DNA from: Eledone cirrhosa
Lineage: Eukaryota
Assembly (NCBI GenBank): GCA_964016885.1
Contig: OZ024742.1
Span: forward strand, 162,502,001 to 162,566,000
Reading direction: 5' to 3'
DNA: 64,000 nucleotides
This document shows, in pieces, positions 57,000 to 64,000 of the stretch. Under the pieces are notes generated by a model. That model worked only from the letters and a program-made list of their open reading frames with translations. It searched no databases and was not told the DNA's origin. A program made the translations under genes and the position numbers. How positions within the stretch are numbered: the stretch's first letter is position 1; each line of letters begins with the position of its first letter.

Positions 57000-59900
57000 A
57001 ACATAGGTAACGGCACCCTCCTAACATAGGTAATGGCACTCTCCCAACATAGGTAATGTCACCCTCCTAACATAGGTAATGACACCCTTCCAATATAGGT
57101 AATGGCATCCTCCTAACGTAGGTAATGGCACTCTCCCAACATAGGTAACGCCCCCCCTCCTAACATAGGTAATGGCACTCTCCCAACATAGATAATGGCA
57201 GCCTCCTAACATAGGTAATGGCACACTTCCAATATAGGTAATGGCATCCTCCTAACGTAGGTAACGGCACCCTCCTAACATAGGTAATGGCACTCTCCCA
57301 ACATAGGTAACGGCACTCTTCCAACATAGGTAACGGCACTCATCAATCATAGGTAATGGCACCCTCCTAACATAGGTAACGGCACCCTCCCAACATAGGT
57401 AACGGCACGCTCCCAACATAGGCAACGGCACGCTCCCAACATAGGTAACGGCACCCTCCTAACATAGGTAACGTCAGCCTCCTAACATAGGTAACGGCAC
57501 CCTTCCAACATAGGTAATGGCACCCTTCTAACATAAGTAACGGCACCCTCCCAACATAGGTAATGGCACTCTCCCAACATAGGTAACGGTACTCTCCTAA
57601 CATAGGTAACAGCACCCTCCTAACATAGGTAACGGCACCCTTCCAACATAGGTAATGGCACTCTCGTAACATAGCTAACGGCACTCTCCCAACATAGGTA
57701 ATGGCACTCTCACAATATAGTTAAGGGCACCCTTCTAACATAGGTAACGGCACCCACCCAACATTGGTAACGGCAGCCTTACAACATAGGTAATGGCACC
57801 CTCCTAACATAGGTAACGGCACCCTCCCAACATAGGTAACGGCACCCTCCTAACATAGGTAATGGCATTCTCCCAACATAGGTAATGGCACCCTCCTAAC
57901 ATAGGTAAAGGCACCCTACCAATATAGGTAATGGCACCCTCCTAACATAGGTAACGGCACCCTCCCAACATAGGTAATGGTACTCTCCCAACATAGGTAA
58001 TGGTACTCTCCCAACATAGGTAACGGCACACTCCTAACATAGGTAACGGCACCCTCTCTAACATAGGTAATGGGACTCTCCTAACATAGGTGACAGCACT
58101 CTTCCAACAAAGGTAACGGCACCCTTACAACACAGGGAATGGCACTCTCCTAACATAGGTAGCGGCACCCTCCCACCATAGGTAACGGCACTCTCCCAAC
58201 ATAGGTAACGGCACCCACCTAACATAGGTAACGGCACCCTCCCAACATAGTTAATAGCACTCTCCCAACATAGGTAACTGCAGTCTCCCAACATAGGTAA
58301 CGGCACCCTCCCAACATAGGTAACGGCATTCTACTAACATAGGTAACTGCATCCTCCTAACAGAGGTAACGGCACCCTTCCAACATAGGTAATGGCACCC
58401 TCCTAACATAGGTAACGGCACCCTCCCAACATAGGTAACGGCACCCTCCCACCATAGGTAACGGCACTCTCCCAACATGGTTAATGGCAGCCTCCCTACA
58501 TAGGTAACGGCACTCTTCCAATATAGGTAATGGCACCCTCCTAACCTAGGTAACGGCACCCTCCCAACATAGGTAATGACACTCTCCCAACATAGGTAAC
58601 GGCACCCTCCTAACGTAGGTAACGGAACCCTTCTAACATAGGTAATGACACCCTCATAATATAGGTAACGGCACCCTCCCAAAATAGGTAATGGCACTCT
58701 CCCAACATAGGTAACGGCACCCTCCCAACAGAGGTAACGGCACCCTCCCAACATAGGTAACGGCATTCTCCTAACATAGGTAATGGCACCCTCCTAACAT
58801 AGGTATTGGCACCCTCCTAACATAGGTAATGGCACCCTCCCAACATAGGTAACGCCACTCTCCTAACATAGATAACGGCACCCTCCTAAAATAGGAAACG
58901 GCACCCTTCCAACATAGGTAATGGCACCCTCCTAACATAGGTAACGGCACCCTCCCAACATAGGTAACGGCACTCTCCCAACATAGGTAACGGCACCCTC
59001 CCAACATAGGTAACGGCACCCTCCTAGCATAGGTAATGGCACTCTCCCAACATAGGTAATGGCACCCTCCTAACATAGGTAATGGCACCCTTCCAATATA
59101 GGTAATGGCATCCTCCTAACGTAGGTAATGGTACTCTCCCAACATAGGTAACGGCACTCTCCTAACATAGATAACGGCACCCTCTTAAAATAGGTAACGG
59201 CACCCTTCCAACATAGGTAAATGCACCCTCGTAACATAGCTAACTGCACTCTCCCAACATAGGTAATGGCATTCTCCCAACATAGGTAACGGCACCCTCC
59301 CAACATAGGTAACGGCACCCTTCTAACATAGGTAACGGCACCCACCCAACATAGGTAACGGCACTCTCCCATCATGGTTAATGGCACCCTCCTTACATAG
59401 GTAACGGCACCCTTCCAACATAGGTAATGGCACCCTCCTAACATAGGTAACGGCACCCTCCCAACATAGGTAATGGTACTCTCCCAACATAGGTAATGGT
59501 ACTCTCCCAACATAGGTAACGGCACTCTCCTAACATAGGTAACGGCACCCTCTCTAACATAGGTAATGGGACTCTCCTAACATAGGTTACAGCACTCTTC
59601 CAACAAAGGTAACGGCACCCTTACAACACAGGGAATGGCATTCTCCTAACATAGGTAGCGGCACCCTCCCACCATAGGTAATGGCAGTCTCCCAACATAG
59701 GTAACGGCTCACTTCCATCATAGGTAATGGCACCCTCCTAACATAGGTAACGGCACCCTCCCAACATAGTTAATAGCACTCTCCCAACATAGGTAACTGC
59801 AGTCTCCCAACATAGGTAACGGCACTCTACTAACATAGGTAACTGCACCCTCCTAACAGAGGTAACGGCACCCTTCCAACATAGGTAATGGCACTCTCCT

Positions 59901-62900
59901 AACATAGGTAACGGCACCCTCCCAACATAGGTAACGGCACCCTCCTAACGTAGGTAACGGAACCCTTCTAACATAGGTAATGGCACACTCATAATATAGG
60001 TAACGGCACCCTCCCAACATAGGTAATGGCACTATCCCAACCTAGGTAATGGCACCCCCCCAAAAGAGGTAACGGCACCCTCCCAACATAGGTAACGGCA
60101 TTCTCCTAACATAGGTAATGGCACCCTCCTAACATAGGTAATGGCACCCTCCCAACATAGGTAACGGCACTCTCCTAACATAGATAACGGCACCCTCCTA
60201 AAATAGTTAACGGCACCCTTCCAACATAGGTAATGACACCCTCGTAACATAGCTAACGGCACTCTCCCAACATAGGTAATGGCACTCTCCCAACATAGGT
60301 AACGGCACCCTCCCAACATAGGTAACGGCACCCTTCTATCATAGGTAACGGCACGCACCCAACATAGGTAACGGCACCATTACAACATAGGTAATGGTAC
60401 CCTCCTAACATAGGTAACGTCACCCTCCCAACATAGGTAACGGCACTCTCCCAACATAGATAACGGCACCCTCCCAGCATAGGTAACGGCACCCTCCTAA
60501 CATAGGTAATGGCACTCTCCCAACATAGGTAATGGCACCCTCCTAACATAGGTAATGGCATCCTTTTAACGTAGGTAATGGTACTTTCCCAACATAGGTA
60601 ACGGCACCGTTCCAGCATAGGTAATGGTACCCTCCTGACATAGGTAACGGCACCTTCCCAACATAGGTAACGGCACCCTCCTAACATAGGTCATGGCATC
60701 TTCCAACATAGGTAAAGGCACCCTCCCAACATAGGTAACGGCACTCTCCTAACATAGGTAACGGCACCCTCTCTAACATAGGTAATGGGACTCTCCTAAC
60801 ATAGGTGACAGCACTCTTCCAACAAAGGTAACGGCACCCTTACAACACAGGGAATGGCACTCTCCTAACATAGGTAGCGGCATCCTCCCACCATAGGTAA
60901 TGGCACTCTCCCAACATAGGTAACGGCTCACTTCCATCATAGGTAATGGCACCCTCCCAAGATAGGTAACGGCACCCTCCTAACATAGGTAACAACACCT
61001 TCCTAACATAGGTAACGACACCCTCCCAACATAGGTAATGGCACTCTCCGATCTTAGGTAACGGCACTCTCCCAACATAGGTTACGGCTCCCTTCCATCA
61101 TAGGTAATGGCACCCTCCCAACATAGGTAACGGCACCCTCCTAACATAGGTAACGGCACCCTCCTAACATAGGTAATGGCACCCTTCCAACATAGGTAAT
61201 GGCACCCTCCTAACATAGGTAACGGCACCCTCCCAACATAGGTAACGGCACCCTCCCACCATAGGTAACGGCACTCTCCCATCATGGTTAATGGCACCCT
61301 CCTTACATAGGTAACGGCACTCTTCCAATATAGGTAATGTCACCCTCCTAACCTAGGTAACGGCACCCTCCTAATATAGGTAATGGCATTCTCCCAACAT
61401 AGGTAATGGCCCCCTCCTAACGTAGGTAAAGGCACCCTTCCAATATAGGTAATGGCACCCTCCTAACATAGGTAACGGCACTCTCCTAACATAGGAAACG
61501 GCACCCTTCCAACATAGGTAATGGCACCCTCCTAATATAGGTAAAGGCACCCTTCCAATATCGGTAATGGCACCCTCCTAACATAGGTAACGGCACTCTC
61601 CTAACATAGGAAACGGCACCCTTCCAACATAGGTAATGGCACCCTCCTAAAATAGGTAACGGCACCCTCCCAACATAGGTAATGGTACTCTCCCAACATA
61701 GGTAATGGCACTCTCCCAACATAGGTAACGGCACTCTCCTAACATAGGTAATGGTACTCTCCCAACATAGGTAATGGCACTCTCCCAACATAGGTAACGG
61801 CACTCTCCTAACATAGGTAACGGCACCCTCCCAACATAGGTAACGGCACCCTCCTAACATAGGTAATGGCACTCTCCCAACATAGGTAATGGCACCCTCC
61901 TAACATAGGTAATGACACCCTTCCAATATAGGTAATGGCAACCTCCTAACATAGGTAATGGCATCCTTCCAACATAGGTAAAGGCACCCTCCCAACATAG
62001 GTAACGGCACTCTCCTAACATAGGTAATGGCACTCTCCCAACATAGGTAACGGCCCCCCTCCTAACATAGGTAATGGCACTCTCCCAACATAGGTAATGG
62101 CAGCCTCGTAACATAGGTAATGGCACCCTTCCAATATAGGTAATGGCATCCTCCTAACGTAGGTAACGGCACCCTCCTAACATAGGCAATAGCACTCTCC
62201 CAACATAGGTAACGGCACTCTTCCAACATAGGTAACGGCACTCATCAATCATAGGTAATGGCACCCTCCTAACATAGGTAACGGCACCCTCCCAACATAG
62301 GTAACGGCACGCTCCCAACATAGGCAACGGCACGCTCCCAACATAGGTAACGGCACCCTCCTAACATAGGTAACGTCAGCCTCCTAACATAGGTAACGGC
62401 ACCCTTCCAACATAGGTAATGGCACCCTTCTAACATAAGTAACGGCACCCTCCCAACATAGGTAATGGCACTCTCCCAACATAGGTAACGGCACTCTCCT
62501 AACATAGTTAACAGCACCCTCCTAACATAGGTAACGGCACCCTTCCAACATAGGTAATGGCACTCTCGTAACATAGCTAACGGCACTCTCCCAACATAGG
62601 TAATGGCACTCTCACAACATAGTTAAGGGCACCCTTCGAACATAGGTAACGGCACCCACCCAACATAGGTAACGGCACCCTTACAACATAGGTAATGGCA
62701 CCCTCCTAACATAGATAACGACACCCTCCCAACATAGGTAACGGCACCCTCCTAACATAGGTAATGGCATTCTCCCAACATAGGTAATGGCACCCTCCTA
62801 ACATAGGTAAAGGCACACTTCCAATATAGGTAATCGCACCCTCCTAACATAGGTAACGGCACTCTCCTAACATATGAGACGGCACCCTTCCAACATAGGT

Positions 62901-64000
62901 AATGGCACCCTCCTAATATGGGTAAAGGCACCCTTCCAATATAGGTAATGGCACCCTCCTAACATAGGTAACGGCACTCTCCTAACATAGGAAACGGCAC
63001 CCTTCCAACATAGGTAATGGCACCCTCCTAACATAGGTAACGGCACCCTCCCAACATAGGTAATGGTACTCTCCCAACATAGGTAATGGTACTCTCCCAA
63101 CATAGGTAACGGCACTCTCCTAACATAGGTAACGGCACCCTCTCTAACATAGGTAATGGGACTCTCCTAACATAGGTGACAGCACTCTTCCAACAAAGGT
63201 AACGGCACCCTTACAACACAGGGAATGGCACTCTCCTAACATAGGTAGCGACACCCTCCCACCATAGGTAATGGCACTCGCCCAACATAGGTAACGGCTC
63301 ACTTCCATCATAGGTAATGGCACCCTCCCAACATAGGTAACGGCACCCTCCTAACATAGGTAACGGCACCATCCCAACATAGTTAATAGCACTCTCCCAA
63401 CATAGGTAACTGCAGTCTCCCAACATAGGTAACGGCACCCTCCCAACATAGGTAACGGCACTCTACTAACATAGGTAACTGCACCCTCCTAACAGAGGTA
63501 ACGGCACCCTTCCAACATAGGTAATGGCACCCTCCTAACATAGGTAACGGCACCCTCCCAACATAGGTAACGGCACCCTTCCACCATAGGTAACGGCACT
63601 CTCCCAACATGTTTAATGGCAGCCTCCTTACATAGGTAACGGCACTCTTCCAATATAGGTAATGGCACCCTCCTAACCTAGGTAACGGCACCCTCCCAAC
63701 ATAGGTAATGGCACTCTCCCAACATAGGTAACGGCACCCTCCTAAAGTAGGTAACGGAACCCTTCTAACATAGGTAATGGCACCCTCATAATATAGGTAA
63801 CGGCACCCTCCCAACATAGATAATGGGACTCTCCCAACATAGGTAACGGCACCCTCCCAACAGAGGTAACGGCACCCTCACAACATAGGTAACGGCATTC
63901 TCCTAACATAGGTAATGGCACCCTCCTAACATAGGTAATGGCACCCTCCCAACATAGGTAACGCCACTCTCCTAACATAGATAACGGCACCCTCCTAAAA
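57000..64000. repeat. Duplicated ~1.9-2.2 kb block (approx. 57000-58900 and 61830-64000) with a mosaic of HOR-related modules between the copies
   Basis: ORFs 57367..57684 and 62269..62586 are near-identical (offset 4902). The copies share rare markers GGCACTCATCAATCATAGG (~57335, ~62237), ATAGTTAAGGGCACCCTT (~57717, ~62619) and TACAACACAGGGAATGG (~58126, ~63212). Confidence 0.8.

Larger units (their letters stand above)
1..64000. repeat. 23-bp tandem satellite array, consensus AACATAGGTAAYGGCACYCTCCY, head-to-tail in one orientation, ~2,780 monomers, open at both window ends
   Basis: Read directly: the core AACATAGGTAA recurs every 23 nt from the first line to the last, e.g. 9-31 aacataggtaacgataccctccc. 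The pyrimidine block varies mainly among CCCTCCC, CCCTCCT, CTCTCCC, CTCTCCT, CCCTTCC and CTCTTCC. Occasional 21-, 22- and 24-bp monomers occur. I saw no reverse-complement monomers, and every ORF in the track is on the minus strand. Confidence 0.99.

Noticed and set aside
350-63990. Numerous minus-strand ORFs encoding Cys/Trp/Tyr-rich repeats (MLGGCRYLCWEGAVTYVGRVPLP)
   Set aside because: Artefact of the repeat. Because 23 is not divisible by 3, three monomers cycle through all frames and all three minus frames give the same peptide. Plus frames are closed by the near-invariant TAG/TAA. Minus frames stop mainly where the CCTAAC variant places TAG (instead of TGG) in frame. The ORFs overlap in all frames, cross indels freely and have no unique domains.
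1-64000. CRISPR array
   Set aside because: The repeats are directly adjacent with no unique spacers, and there is no leader or cas gene. The variable part is a few substitutions of one consensus.
1-64000. Telomerase-made telomeric repeat (23-bp unit as in Candida albicans; TTAGG on the minus strand as in arthropods)
   Set aside because: The sequence does not resemble the C. albicans unit. TTAGG appears only as an isolated 5-mer in T-variant monomers. The heterogeneity and kb-scale duplications indicate recombinational evolution rather than templated synthesis. A subtelomeric location is not excluded.
1-64000. Shine-Dalgarno-like AGGAGG 12 nt upstream of ATG on the minus strand of CCCTCCT monomers
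   Set aside because: A coincidental property of the monomer. There is no prokaryotic gene context, and the downstream frames are repeat read-throughs.
1-64000. CCCTC / CCTCCC resemblance to CTCF or PRDM9 motifs, or a CENP-B box
   Set aside because: Only 5-6 bp low-complexity matches. The full motifs are not present in the consensus and the organism is unknown.
1-64000. Diversity-generating or antigenic-variation cassette system, or synthetic data-encoding DNA
   Set aside because: There is no recombinase, reverse transcriptase, expression site or adapter-like structure in the window. The nested duplications, scattered SNVs and indels are adequately explained by ordinary satellite turnover.

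Overview
The whole 64 kb window is one uninterrupted, single-orientation tandem array (satellite DNA) of a 23-bp monomer, consensus 5'-AACATAGGTAA(C/T)GGCAC(C/T)CTCC(C/T)-3'. That is about 2,780 monomers (64000/23), and the array runs off both ends. I see no unique sequence, gene, RNA gene, transposon, CRISPR spacer or inversion. All listed ORFs are minus-strand read-throughs of the repeat: 3 x 23 bp = 69 bp gives the peptide MLGGCRYLCWEGAVTYVGRVPLP, which is an artefact. The informative signal is the arrangement of monomer variants. (i) A left domain (~1-13.7 kb) has private indel variants, and a right domain has a different variant set. (ii) A young ~4.1-4.5 kb higher-order repeat occurs about 3 times at ~37.2-50.0 kb (offset 4508 bp = 196 monomers over a long stretch), with nested 10-mer and 12-mer expansions. 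(iii) Older, shuffled copies of the same modules lie on both sides. The monomer also has splice-signal-like and G-quadruplex-like features, which are speculative. I cannot name the organism or satellite family from the sequence alone; an array of this size suggests eukaryotic heterochromatin (inference). I found no evidence for a new protein-coding system.
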